A DNA stretch of 64,000 bases, taken from positions 320,001 to 384,000 of the forward strand of contig CAVZLN010000006.1 in NCBI GenBank assembly GCA_963776245.1, given 5' to 3'. Shown piece after piece: positions 22,520 to 32,248 of the stretch. Under the pieces are notes generated by a model that worked only from the letters and a program-made list of their open reading frames with translations, did no database searches and had not been told where the DNA came from. Source of the DNA: Candidatus Eiseniibacteriota bacterium (GTDB lineage Bacteria > Eisenbacteria > RBG-16-71-46). A program made the position numbers and the translations under genes. Numbering within the stretch: the first letter of the stretch is position 1; each line of letters starts with the position of its first letter.

Positions 22520-22960
22520 TCAGTCCATCCTGCCGCGGTCCCGCGCCGTGGCTTCCGGCACGAGCACGCGAGAGACCCTTTCTGCCCACGCCACGAGCGA
22601 CGGAGCGTCTCCGCTCCGGGCGGGTGCGCCGGGCGCCGCGAGATAGGCGGACGGCAGCACCACGACCTGTCGGACGTCGGCCGGCGACAGCCCCAGCTCG
22701 GAGGCGAGCGGAGCGAGCGTCGCACGGGTGGTCTGGCGCTCGAGCTGCGCGTGCACGAATTCCAGCCGTGCCTGCGCGGCCACCAGCGCCGAGCGGTGCT
22801 TGTCGAGTGTGAGCGAGAGCTCCGCGGCCCGCGAGCTCAGCCACACCTCGGCCAGCAGCATCCCGACCGCGGCGGCGGCGACGAGCCACAGCTCCGGCCG
22901 GATGGCGCGTCCTTCGGGGATGCGCCAGGAGGGGCGCGAACGACGGGGACCACCGTTCAT
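22520..22960 (-). CDS. ftsL: FtsL-like cell division protein
   Basis: Single TM helix, coiled coil and 'LASELGL'; canonical position between rsmH and ftsI. Confidence 0.7.
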   Translation of the reverse strand: MNGGPRRSRPSWRIPEGRAIRPELWLVAAAAVGMLLAEVWLSSRAAELSLTLDKHRSALVAAQARLEFVHAQLERQTTRATLAPLASELGLSPADVRQVVVLPSAYLAAPGAPARSGDAPSLVAWAERVSRVLVPEATARDRGRMD

Positions 22961-23889
22961 GCGGACGTCCTCCGGAACGCACGCAACCGCGCGCTCCTCG
23001 CGCGGGGATTGCGGCGCTCCTCTTCATGCGCCGGGGTCACCACCCGGCGCACGACCTCTTCCCACGGCCCCTCGGGGAGCCGCGCCTCTCGGGGTACCGG
23101 CAGGCGACGCGCGGGTGCCGTCCGTGGCGTCCCGCGCACCGCCTGCTTGATCCGGCGATCCTCGCCCGAGTGATAGGCGAGGGTCACGACCACGCCGCCC
23201 GGACGCATCGCGTCCGGAAGCCATCCCAACATCGCCTCCAGGTCCTCGGCCTCGCCGTTGACCCAGATGCGCAGCGCCTGGAACACCTGCGCGTAGCGCC
23301 GCGGGTGCTGGCGCCCGCCGAGGGCGCGGTCGATGCACGCGACCAGCGCGCGCGTCGTGCCGAGCTCGTCGATCCGCGCCGCCGCCACCAGCGCGCGGGC
23401 GAGCCGGCCCGCCTGGGGCACGTCGCCGTGCTCGCGCAACACCGCCGCCACCTCGTCCGCGTCCGTGCGGGCGAGATGGCGCATGGCCGATTCGCCCCGC
23501 GACGCATCCATGCGCAGGTCGAGCGGCCCGTCCTGTCCGAAAGCCATGCCACGTGCGGGGTCGTCGATCTGGCGCGACGACAGCCCGAGGTCGAGCAATG
23601 CGCCCGTGAAGGGCTCGCCCCCCGCGAGGTCGCGGTGCACCCCGGGCACCTCGCGGAAAGTGGCGTGGGCGGTGATCACGCGGTCTCCGAAGCGCGCCAG
23701 GCGCGCGCGCGCGAACGCGAGCGCCTCGAGATCGCGATCGCAGCCGAGCAGGCGCGCCGCGGGCTCGCGTTCGAGCAGTGCGTCCGCATGTCCCCCGTCG
23801 CCGAGCGTGGCGTCCAGGTAGAGGCCCGGCCCGTTGGCGAGGAAGCGCAGCGTCTCCGCGAGCAGGACCGGTTCATGACGCGCGCTCAC
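22957..23889 (-). CDS. rsmH: 16S rRNA m4C1402 methyltransferase
   Basis: 'HEPVLLAE', 'DATLGDGGHA', 'DLGLSSRQID', 'FQALRIWVN', 'YHSGEDR', 'NPRARSARLR'. Confidence 0.96.
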   Translation of the reverse strand: MSARHEPVLLAETLRFLANGPGLYLDATLGDGGHADALLEREPAARLLGCDRDLEALAFARARLARFGDRVITAHATFREVPGVHRDLAGGEPFTGALLDLGLSSRQIDDPARGMAFGQDGPLDLRMDASRGESAMRHLARTDADEVAAVLREHGDVPQAGRLARALVAAARIDELGTTRALVACIDRALGGRQHPRRYAQVFQALRIWVNGEAEDLEAMLGWLPDAMRPGGVVVTLAYHSGEDRRIKQAVRGTPRTAPARRLPVPREARLPEGPWEEVVRRVVTPAHEEERRNPRARSARLRAFRRTSA

Positions 23890-24328
23890 GGGGGGCCTCG
23901 ACGGCCAGGGTGTCGTCCAGCAGCTCGGCCGCCGACGGCCAGCAGCGCAGGCCCGACTCGCAACCGGCGAGGCGGAAGAGATCGCGCAGGTAGTGCGACA
24001 GGCCGCACACCACCACGCCGCCGGCGCGGCACTCGTAGCTCGAGAAGGCGCGCGCGAGCCCGGGCACCGCGCGATAGTCGATGTGGCGCAGCCGCGCGCA
24101 GTCGATGAGCAGCTGCCCGACACCGCGCAGCGCCAGGTCCTCGAACGCCTGTTCGAGCCGGCCCACCGCCACCGCGTCGAGCCAGCCCCCGAGCTGCACC
24201 AGCGCCACGCGGCCGCCGATGCGATCGTGCAGCTCCACGCGCGCGTGCGCGCCCGGACGGCCATAACTGAGCTGGAGGTTCACGGCGAGCGCGTGCTGCC
24301 CGGGGGTGAGCGGCGGGCGTGCGATCAC
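23873..24328 (-). CDS. STAS-domain (anti-sigma factor antagonist-like) protein inside the dcw operon
   Basis: 'VALVQLGGWLDAVAVGRLEQAFEDL...LLIDCARLRHIDYRA...VVVCGLSHYLRDLFRLAG'; GTGA overlap with the mraZ stop. Confidence 0.82.
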   Translation of the reverse strand: MIARPPLTPGQHALAVNLQLSYGRPGAHARVELHDRIGGRVALVQLGGWLDAVAVGRLEQAFEDLALRGVGQLLIDCARLRHIDYRAVPGLARAFSSYECRAGGVVVCGLSHYLRDLFRLAGCESGLRCWPSAAELLDDTLAVEAPRERAS

Positions 24329-24777
24329 GACCGCGGCCCCCCGAAGTAGCGCTCGGCGCCCTTCACCATGTCGAGGTCGCTCGCCGGGTGCTTCTCGGCC
24401 CAGCGCGCGGGATCCCAGATCTCGATGCGGTCGCCCAGCGGCAGGAACTTGGCGTCCTTCACGAGCCCCGCGAGCTTGAGCAGGTGCGCGGGGATCACGA
24501 TGCGGCCCTGGGCGTCGGGCGTGAGCGGCCCGACGGTGCTCTCGTAGAAGGCGCGGGCGAACGCGCGGCCCTCGGTGTCGCCGTAGGGGATCGCGTTGAG
24601 CATCGCTTCGAAGCGCGCCCACTGTTCCGGCGTGTACATCACGATGCACCCTTCGAAGCCGCGCGTGAGCACCACGTCCATCGACTTGCGGCCGCTGGCG
24701 CGACGCAGGATGGCGGGCACGCTGACGCGGCCCTTGTGATCGATGGTGTAGGTCTCGCTGCCGTAGCGGTTGCTCAT
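24325..24777 (-). CDS. mraZ: Transcriptional regulator MraZ
   Basis: 'YTIDHKGRVSVPA', 'TRGFEGCI', 'DAQGRIVIP', 'DRIEIWD'. Confidence 0.95.
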   Translation of the reverse strand: MSNRYGSETYTIDHKGRVSVPAILRRASGRKSMDVVLTRGFEGCIVMYTPEQWARFEAMLNAIPYGDTEGRAFARAFYESTVGPLTPDAQGRIVIPAHLLKLAGLVKDAKFLPLGDRIEIWDPARWAEKHPASDLDMVKGAERYFGGPRS

Positions 24778-24808
24778 CGCTCGCTGTCTTCGAAGGGGTC
24801 AGGAACGT

Positions 24809-24844
24809 CTCCACGCATCACCACCACTCCCCACAATTCCCCAC
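24809..24844 (-). promoter_or_regulatory. Four MraZ-binding direct repeats at 10-bp period
   Basis: Minus strand GTGGGG-aatt-GTGGGG-agtg-GTGGTG-atgc-GTGGAG between the promoter and the mraZ start. Confidence 0.88.
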
Positions 24845-24853
24845 CGCCGGCGG

Positions 24854-24882
24854 AACATAGTCCCGGCCCTGCGCCCTGTCAA
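24854..24882 (-). promoter_or_regulatory. sigma70 promoter of the dcw operon
   Basis: TTGACA-17 bp-TATGTT directly upstream of the MraZ boxes. Confidence 0.8.
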
Positions 24883-24946
24883 AGCAAAACGCGGTCGGGG
24901 CGCGACGTTCTCACGCCGCGCCCCGACTGCACAGAAGTGCACTCCC

Positions 24947-26515
24947 TCAGCGCAGCGCTCGCAGCGAGTCGTAGGACTCCCAGTGGACCCGGTAGAGCGT
25001 GTACACGGTGCGACCCGGGCGCGCGATCCCGAGCGAGAGCGCTGCGGTGGAGCCGATCGGCTCGAGCGCCGCCGCGTACGGACTGCGGTCGAGCAGCTCG
25101 GCGGCGGTGGCGCCCCGCTCGAGCAGCCACTCGGGGCGCTCGAACGTGGCGAACGCGAGCGCGGCGACCGCGGCGTCGCGCGGATCCACGCCGTCGACCG
25201 AGACGCGCTCCAGCAGAGGCACCATCTGGGGCGTCACCAGTCCGCCGGTGTCGAGCACGCGCCGCTGGCTCAGGTAACCGATCACGCCGATGTCGGGCGT
25301 GGCGACCACCGCGTCCGCCGGCGTGTGGTCGCGGAGCCACGCCCCCCAGTGTCCGAGCGAGGTGCGCACGGTGCGCGTCATCTCGGTCACGTGCGGCACC
25401 ACCTTGACGCGGTAGACGGCGAGATTGAGTCCGAGCGAGAGCAGCGCGACGGCGGCGGCGAGCCGCGACGCGCGTCGTTGCCGTGGCGGGTCGGGGACGT
25501 CGCCCAGCCACCACAGCTCGGCGGTGCGCCACGCCAGCCACGCCAGCACCGGCATGAGCGGCAGCAGGTAGCGCGACAACACCGGCACGCCGCGCGCGAG
25601 GTAGAGCGCGGGCACCGCGGCGACCCACACCCATGGCAGCAGGCGCTGGGCACGCACCTGAGCGGGCCAGATCCGGCGCGCGCCGAACACCAGCGAGACC
25701 AGCAGCAGCGCGGCCATGACCCCGTCGGTCGCGCCCATGATCTGGAGCTGGCGCCACAGGTTCGCGAGCTGCACCTCGAACCCGCCGGTGCCCGCCGACT
25801 TGGCCGAGAGCGTCTGCGGCCAGAACGTGCCGAAATAGGCGCGCGCGAACACCAGCCAGCCGCCGTAGATCAGGACCGGCGGCAGCGAGCCGAACACCAG
25901 GCGCCGCAGCCCGGGGCGGCTGTCGGTGTCGATGATCAGGAAGAGTGCCCACAGGAAGAGCAGGAACACGGCCTCCGGCCTCGTCAGCGCCGCCAGCGCC
26001 CACAGCGCGCCGGTGCGCACCGGGCGCGAGCCCCACTGGCGGCCCTCGGTGAACGCCACGAACCCGGCCAGCACCAGCGCGACCGCGAGCGGCGTCTCCA
26101 TGCCCGACATCGACCAGCGCAGCATCCACGCGTGACCCGCCCACGCCACGGTCGCCGCGGCGCGCACCCCCGGCGAACGGAGCGTGCGACGCATGAGCTG
26201 CAGGAACAGCCCGATCGAGGCGAGGGTGGCCAGGAAGCCGATCGTCTTCGCGACCAGCAGCCCATCGAGGCCGATCGCGATGCCGTCGGCGATGAGCGCG
26301 ACCCACAGCGGGCTGGTGCAGCCGTAGACGCGCTCGCCGAGGTTGAACACCAGCCCCTGCCCGTGGGCAAGGTGGCGCGCGTACTGCAGGTGGATGTAGG
26401 TGTCGTCGGTGACGTAGTGGCGCAGCGGCCACATCAGCGCGGCGGCCAGCGCCACGCCGAGCAGGAGCCCGACGCGCTCGACGCGGGTGACCGGTCCGTT
26501 GAGCGTGAGGATCAC
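24947..26515 (-). CDS. Polytopic GT-C-type (PMT/ArnT/Aft-like) membrane glycosyltransferase
   Basis: 'TDDTYIHLQYARHLAHGQGLVFNLGERVYGCTSPLW', 'SGMETPL', 'LTRPE', 'RYLLP', 'DIGVIGY...DTGGLV'. Confidence 0.75.
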   Translation of the reverse strand: MILTLNGPVTRVERVGLLLGVALAAALMWPLRHYVTDDTYIHLQYARHLAHGQGLVFNLGERVYGCTSPLWVALIADGIAIGLDGLLVAKTIGFLATLASIGLFLQLMRRTLRSPGVRAAATVAWAGHAWMLRWSMSGMETPLAVALVLAGFVAFTEGRQWGSRPVRTGALWALAALTRPEAVFLLFLWALFLIIDTDSRPGLRRLVFGSLPPVLIYGGWLVFARAYFGTFWPQTLSAKSAGTGGFEVQLANLWRQLQIMGATDGVMAALLLVSLVFGARRIWPAQVRAQRLLPWVWVAAVPALYLARGVPVLSRYLLPLMPVLAWLAWRTAELWWLGDVPDPPRQRRASRLAAAVALLSLGLNLAVYRVKVVPHVTEMTRTVRTSLGHWGAWLRDHTPADAVVATPDIGVIGYLSQRRVLDTGGLVTPQMVPLLERVSVDGVDPRDAAVAALAFATFERPEWLLERGATAAELLDRSPYAAALEPIGSTAALSLGIARPGRTVYTLYRVHWESYDSLRALR

Positions 26516-27796
26516 GCGCGCTCCCGCTTCACCAGGCGGTCGAGGGTCTCGGCGAGCCGGCCCGCGAGCCGGTCCCGCCGGTATCCGTCGATCCACTCCG
26601 GTCGCGCGGGCGCGGGGCGCGCGCCCGCGGTCCACGCCGCATAGCCCGACTCCAGCCAGGCCGCCAGCGCGGCCCGGTCGCGCGGGGGCAGCACCACTCC
26701 GCCCGCGCGGCGCACCAGCTCGGCGGTCTCGTCTCCGGCCTCGAGCAACGCCACGATCGGCCGGGCCGGCATCGAGGTACTCGTAGGTCTTGCCCGGCAC
26801 CATGGTGGGCATGTCCGGCGGCTTCAGCAGCAGCAGCACGTCGGCGCCCCGCTGGAGCGCGCGCGTGTCCGCGTGCGAGAGCGGTCCGGTGAACTCCACG
26901 ATCCCCGCGAGGCCGAGCGCGAGCGCCTGTCCGGCGAGATCGGTGTCGTACGGTCCCGCGAGGCGCGCGCGCAGACGGCCGCGCGCCTCGGGCCGGCGCG
27001 CGAGCACGTCGCGCATCGCCCCGAGCACGGTCTCGATCTCCGGCTGCTGCGAGAGCGTGCCGGTGAAGACGAGGGTGAAGGTCTCCGGCGCCGGCCCGGG
27101 CCCGGGGCCCCGGTCGGCGGGCTCGAATCCGTTGGGCAGGTGCACCACCTCGCGCGGCGCGGCGCCGCTGCGCGCGCCGAGGCGGCGGGCGTGGGTGGCC
27201 GAAGCGGTCAGGACCACGTCGGCCGAGTCCAGCACCGCGCGCTCCATCGCGGCGTGCCGCTCGCGGTGCCAGGCGGTGGGCGGCTCGCGCAGGTAGAGCC
27301 CCACCCACGGATCGCGGAAGTCCGCCACCCACGGCAGGCCGGTGCGGCGATGGAGCGCGAGCCCGGCGAGGTGCGCGCTGTCGGGAGGCGAGGACGAGAT
27401 CACCGCGTCGATGCCCCCGCGCGCCACCCGGCGCAGCGCTGCGGCGCGCGCGCGCCCCGCCCAGCCGGCGTAGGAATCCGGCAGCAGGCACCAGTCGGCG
27501 AGCGCGCGCAGGCCACCGAAGGTGCGTCCCGAGCGCCGGCCCCGGTCACCGCCGCGCACGCGCAGCCAGGCCGACAGCGCGCTCCCCCCCGGCACCCGGA
27601 TCACCTCGGTCGCGGGCGGGACGCTGGCGGTCAGGCTGTCATCGGTCACCCAGTAGTCCTCCTCGCCCGCGCATACCACGGTGCAGTCCCATCCTCGCTC
27701 CGGCAGGTGGCGGGTGAACGAAAGCACCCGATGCACGCCGCCGCCCGCCAGCGGAGGATAGAAGTAGCACACCAGGAGCACCCGGCGCCCGCTCAC
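26512..27796 (-). CDS. GT4 glycosyltransferase; frameshift near 26770
   Basis: 'YFYPPLAGGGVHR', 'PWVADFRDPW', 'PNGFE', 'PGKTYEYL'. Confidence 0.85.
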
Positions 27797-28863
27797 TCGG
27801 CCTCCACCAGAGCGCGCCCGGCGACGAGGGTCTCGAACAGCGATTCGATGCGCGCCAGGTTCACGTGCCAGTCCCCGCGTTCGGCCACCACGCGCGCGTT
27901 GCGCGTGCGCGCCGCCTCCGCCCAGTCCGGGTCGGCGAGCACCGCCTCGAGGGCGCGGGTCAGCGCGGCGGGATCGCCCACCGGGAAGCAGCGCGCTCCG
28001 TCGCCGTCGCCCACCCACTCGCGATTGCCCTCGAGATCGCTCACCACCGGAAGCGCGCCGGTGGCCATCGCCTCCAGCAGCGACAGCGACGTGGAGTCCG
28101 AACGCGACGCCGAAAGATACACCTCGGCGCGGCCCAGCCAGCCCGCCAGCTCGGCCGGGTCGATGCGGCCGAGGAAGGTGAAGCGACCCGGCGGCAGCGC
28201 GCGGGCGGCGGCGCGCTCGAGCGTCCCGCGCAGCGATCCGTCACCGGTCAGCACCAGCCGCGCGTGGGGATGTCGCGCCAGCACCGGCGCGACCCCGGCG
28301 AGGATCACCGGGATGTCGTACACCTCCTCGTGCATGCGGGTCGAGAGCAGCAGTCCGGGCTCCCGGCGCGCGGCCGGCACGAAGCGCGCGCGGTCGATGC
28401 CCCAGGGGATCGCGCGCACGAGCGCGGGCGGCGCGCCCAGCGCGCGCGCGGCGGAAGCGAGGTTCTCGGCGTCGGCCAGCACGAGGTCGGCGCGCCGCAG
28501 CACGAAGCGCGTGCGCGCGCGCTGGAGCACGTCGCGTCCGCCCGCCACCAGCAGATCCGAGCCCCACGCGCTGACCGCGAGCGGATGGCGCCCGGTGAGC
28601 GCGCCGAGCAGGCCGTAGTTGGGGACGTAGTGGGCGTCCACGAGCTGGGGCCGGAAGTCCGCGAGCGCGCGCCGCAGCGCCGGCAGCGCGAACGGATAGC
28701 GCAGCGCGCCCGGCAGCGGCACACTCGGCAGGCGCTGCGCCACCAGCCCCGGCGGCGGCGCTTCGAGCGAGAACAACCGCACCTCATGCCCGCGCGCCCG
28801 GAAGTGCTCCACCCAGCGCCGCGTGTGCACCACCGCGGCATTCGAGAGCGTCGCGATCCTCAT
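27793..28863 (-). CDS. GT4 glycosyltransferase
   Basis: 'HTRRWV', 'SAWGSDL', 'SDSTSLSLLEAMATG'. Confidence 0.88.
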   Translation of the reverse strand: MRIATLSNAAVVHTRRWVEHFRARGHEVRLFSLEAPPPGLVAQRLPSVPLPGALRYPFALPALRRALADFRPQLVDAHYVPNYGLLGALTGRHPLAVSAWGSDLLVAGGRDVLQRARTRFVLRRADLVLADAENLASAARALGAPPALVRAIPWGIDRARFVPAARREPGLLLSTRMHEEVYDIPVILAGVAPVLARHPHARLVLTGDGSLRGTLERAAARALPPGRFTFLGRIDPAELAGWLGRAEVYLSASRSDSTSLSLLEAMATGALPVVSDLEGNREWVGDGDGARCFPVGDPAALTRALEAVLADPDWAEAARTRNARVVAERGDWHVNLARIESLFETLVAGRALVEAE

Positions 28864-29894
28864 GCGCGCTCCCCCGGCAGGCGCCCGCGCGCGCGGCGCT
28901 GCAGCCGCGCGGCGAGGCGGCCGGCGAGCGGCGCGTCGGCCGCGTCGAGCCAGCGCACCGGGTAGCGCAGCAGGCGCGCGCCGAGCGAGCGCTTGAACGC
29001 CGCGAGCGGGTCGAGCCCCGCGCTGCCTCCGAGGTTCACGCGCGCGCGGCCGTGGGCCGCCGCCCACTCCACCACCGACCACAGCAGCAGCCCCGAGGCA
29101 TGGCGATGGCGCGCGTCGGGATGGAGCCCGCTCCACCACGGGAGGATCTCGCGCGCGTGGTCGAGCGCGAGCAGCGCAGCCACCACGCCGCGGCCGTCGC
29201 GGAGCGTGAACACCCGGGCGACCGGCGCATCAGCCGGGCCCGCCGCCACCAGCCGGCGCGACAGTTCCAGCGGCAGCGGCCGATGCCCGCGCCAGCCGCG
29301 CCCCTGGGCCAGGTGCAGCGCGTACGCGGTCTCGAGCGCGGCCGGCTCCTCGGCGAACGCGAGGCCGGCCACGCGCGCGTGGCGCAGGTCCTGGCGCGCC
29401 TTGCGGTCCACGCGCGTCCAGGCCGCCTCCGCGCCGCCGCTGTCGAGCTCCACCAACGAGGCCTCGAGGGTGCGCGTCGTCCCTCCCACCCGGTCGAGCG
29501 TGGCCGGTTCGACCGGCGGCCCGACGGGCCGATAGAGCGACCAGCCGCCGCCCACCGCGCGCTGCGCGCGCTTGACCGCGGCGAGCGCGGACCCGCACGC
29601 CGCATCCACCGCCGCGTGCGCGCCCGGGCGTGCCAGCGGCGCTCCCGAGAGCGCCCACGGCAGCGCGTGGATCCACTGGAGCGAGCCGCGCCGTTCGATC
29701 AGCGCCGGCGCGCCACCTTCGAGCACGCCCTCGCGCTCGGCGGCCAGGAACACCGCGCGCATGCCGGGCACGGTGGCGGCGAAGGCGGCCCACACCTCGG
29801 GCCGGTGCGAGGGGCCCGCGGCGGGATCGTCACGGAGCAGCGCATCCCATCCGGCCGGCGCCGCGTCCAAGCACCGCGCGGTCAGCGGGCCCAT
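28860..29894 (-). CDS. FemAB-like GNAT family protein
   Basis: 'DRKARQDLRHA', 'LLLWSVVEWAAAHG...VNLGGS...LAAFKRSLGA', typical of FemAB/GNAT_6 proteins in glycan loci. Confidence 0.78.
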   Translation of the reverse strand: MGPLTARCLDAAPAGWDALLRDDPAAGPSHRPEVWAAFAATVPGMRAVFLAAEREGVLEGGAPALIERRGSLQWIHALPWALSGAPLARPGAHAAVDAACGSALAAVKRAQRAVGGGWSLYRPVGPPVEPATLDRVGGTTRTLEASLVELDSGGAEAAWTRVDRKARQDLRHARVAGLAFAEEPAALETAYALHLAQGRGWRGHRPLPLELSRRLVAAGPADAPVARVFTLRDGRGVVAALLALDHAREILPWWSGLHPDARHRHASGLLLWSVVEWAAAHGRARVNLGGSAGLDPLAAFKRSLGARLLRYPVRWLDAADAPLAGRLAARLQRRARGRLPGERA

Positions 29895-29984
29895 GCGGCA
29901 CGCGCCCGGACCAGGCTCCGTGGGCCCGGACCGCTCGCCGGCCCCGCCGCGGCAGTCCCTTCGCGCTCGACCATCCCCGAGCGC

Positions 29985-32243
29985 CTAACGGAGCACCGCG
30001 ACGCGCGCGCTGGCCGTGCGACCGCCGGCTTCGACGCGCACGAAGTACAGGCCGGGCGGCACCAGCTCGCCGTGCTGGTCGCGGCCATCCCACGCCACCG
30101 CGCCATTGCCTTCGACCGCGATCGACTTCAGCCGGCGCCCGTCGAGGTCGTAGACCGCGCCGCGATAGGACATCCCTTCGCCGCTCAGGCGCAGCGCGAA
30201 TCCCAGGCCGGTGAGATGGATCGGATTGGGGAACACGCGCACGTGGAGCTGGGCGAGCCGCGGCGGGGGCGGGCTGACGTAGTCGGGGTCGAAGCGGTTG
30301 AGGCCGCCATCGGTGGCGATCCACACCGCGCCGCTCCCCGGTTCCGCCCGGATGCTGCGCGCGTTCTCGCTCACGAGCGGGGAGTTGTCGGAGGTGTAGT
30401 CGATGAAACCGTCCGTCCCGGCACCGGGCAGGAAGCGCCGCACACCGCCCTCGGCGGTGACCCACACCGATCCGTCCCGCGTCACCTCGAGGGGACGCAC
30501 GCCCGACACCGGCCCGAGCTTGGGGTAGACGACCGGTCGCGTATCGAGGGGGCTCCGGAACAACCGCAGGGCGTCGGCGCTGAGCACCCAGATGGAGTCG
30601 CCGTAGAGCGCGACGCCGCGGACGTCCATCCCGTCGCCCGTCCCCAGCGCGAGACTCTCGCCGAAGGCCAGCACGGTGTCGGGCGGGGTCGGGATGGTGA
30701 AGTAGTTCACCCCGCCGCCGGTGCTGTACTTGACCCCACCGACCCACATGCGCCCGCGCGCGTCGGGCACCAGCGCTCGGATCTGGTCGCTGATGAGCTC
30801 GGGGGTGTTCGCCCGCAGGTAGGTCCGCCGATAGAGCCCGTCGGCCGAGTAGTAGTCGAGCCCCCCCGGCGGGTTCGTGTCGATGCCCGGGGCGTCGCCG
30901 CCGATCCAGCGGCCGCCGTTCGCGTCCGGCGCCATCGCGATGCCCCAGGTATGGCGGTCCTCCGCAGTCGTGGTCCCGGTCCACAGGTGGGTGAAGTAAG
31001 GGGTGGGGCCGCTGTCGTCCAGCACCTCGACCGCCCAGCTCCAGGCGGAGACCCACTTGAAGCCCTGGTGGTCGATCATGATCGCGAAGTTGTCGGCGCC
31101 GGGCACGTACGGTCGGTCGGTGCACGACTCGCACGGGGGGAGCGGCATCCAATTGAGCCAGGCGCCGGCGCGCAGGCGGCCGATACCGCCGGCGTAGCCG
31201 TCGGTCCGGGTCGTGACGTACACGCTCGCCGCGTCGACCGCGAGATTGACCAGGTCGTTCCCGCACGGACCCGGGAAGATCCGTGGCGTCCAGGGATCGG
31301 GCGGCACCGGCTGCTGATAGAGCCCCAGGAACGAGCCCGCGAACAACTCCCCTGCCGGATCGACCGCGGCGGCGAGGACGAACTTGCCCTGACCGACGGT
31401 CTGCGACGCGGGGGCGCCGGGGACCTGCGCCCACGTGGTGGCGTTCCACCGGTAGAGCCCGATGTCGGTCGAGGCGAGGATGACACCGTGGTCCTGCGAG
31501 AGCCGCAGGACGGTGCCGATATCGCTGGTGGCCACCCAGGCCACCCCGTCCCAGCCATAGGTCAGGGCCCCGGCGAGCACCAGCACCGAGCTCCCGTCGC
31601 TCACCAGCGCGCTGATGGTGGTGCCCGGCAGAGTCGAGGAGGCCTGGTCCGTCCAGGTCTGAAGGCCGCTGGAGATGCGGCCGAGGAACACGCCTGACGG
31701 CGTGGCCACCCACACCGAGTCCCCGGTCTCCACCACTCCGGTGATGCGCGAGGTGCCGAACGGGGAGGGATTGGTGCCATCGGGGAGCACGCCCGAGACC
31801 TCGCGACCATCCCAGAACAGCAGGCCTCCGGTCGTCCCCACCCACACCGTGTCCCCGACCGCCGAGATCGAGGTCACGGTGTCGGTCGGGAGCCCGTCGA
31901 ACGCGTTCAGCACCCTCCAGCCACCGGTGTTCGACATCACCCCGACGCCCTTGCCGAGCGTGCCCACCCACAGCCGTCGCTTGCGGTCGACCGCGAGCGC
32001 GGAGATCTCGTTCGCGGGCAGTCCCCCGGGGCTTCGCGCCACCGACGAGAACGCTCCGGTGCGGCGGTCGTAGAGCACCAGTCCGGCGTTGGTGGTGCCG
32101 ACCCACACCGAATCCGCGCCGGCCTTGATGTCGGCGATCCCGTAGGGCCGGATGTACGTCTCCCAGCGCCCGGCGGCGGCCGCTTCCGCGGCGCACGCGG
32201 CGCCGAGCCCGGCCACCAGCAGACAGCAGGCCCTTCGTCCCAT
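29985..32243 (-). CDS. Secreted beta-propeller protein with C-terminal FlgD-Ig/T9SS-CTD-like domain (PorZ-like)
   Basis: Signal peptide; repeats 'GLPANEISALAVD..LWVGT', 'GLPTDTVTSI', 'NSPLVSENARSI'; tail 'VFPNP...VYDLDGR...WDGRDQHGELVPPGLYFVRV'. Confidence 0.78.
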   Translation of the reverse strand: MGRRACCLLVAGLGAACAAEAAAAGRWETYIRPYGIADIKAGADSVWVGTTNAGLVLYDRRTGAFSSVARSPGGLPANEISALAVDRKRRLWVGTLGKGVGVMSNTGGWRVLNAFDGLPTDTVTSISAVGDTVWVGTTGGLLFWDGREVSGVLPDGTNPSPFGTSRITGVVETGDSVWVATPSGVFLGRISSGLQTWTDQASSTLPGTTISALVSDGSSVLVLAGALTYGWDGVAWVATSDIGTVLRLSQDHGVILASTDIGLYRWNATTWAQVPGAPASQTVGQGKFVLAAAVDPAGELFAGSFLGLYQQPVPPDPWTPRIFPGPCGNDLVNLAVDAASVYVTTRTDGYAGGIGRLRAGAWLNWMPLPPCESCTDRPYVPGADNFAIMIDHQGFKWVSAWSWAVEVLDDSGPTPYFTHLWTGTTTAEDRHTWGIAMAPDANGGRWIGGDAPGIDTNPPGGLDYYSADGLYRRTYLRANTPELISDQIRALVPDARGRMWVGGVKYSTGGGVNYFTIPTPPDTVLAFGESLALGTGDGMDVRGVALYGDSIWVLSADALRLFRSPLDTRPVVYPKLGPVSGVRPLEVTRDGSVWVTAEGGVRRFLPGAGTDGFIDYTSDNSPLVSENARSIRAEPGSGAVWIATDGGLNRFDPDYVSPPPPRLAQLHVRVFPNPIHLTGLGFALRLSGEGMSYRGAVYDLDGRRLKSIAVEGNGAVAWDGRDQHGELVPPGLYFVRVEAGGRTASARVAVLR

Positions 32244-32248
32244 CGCGC

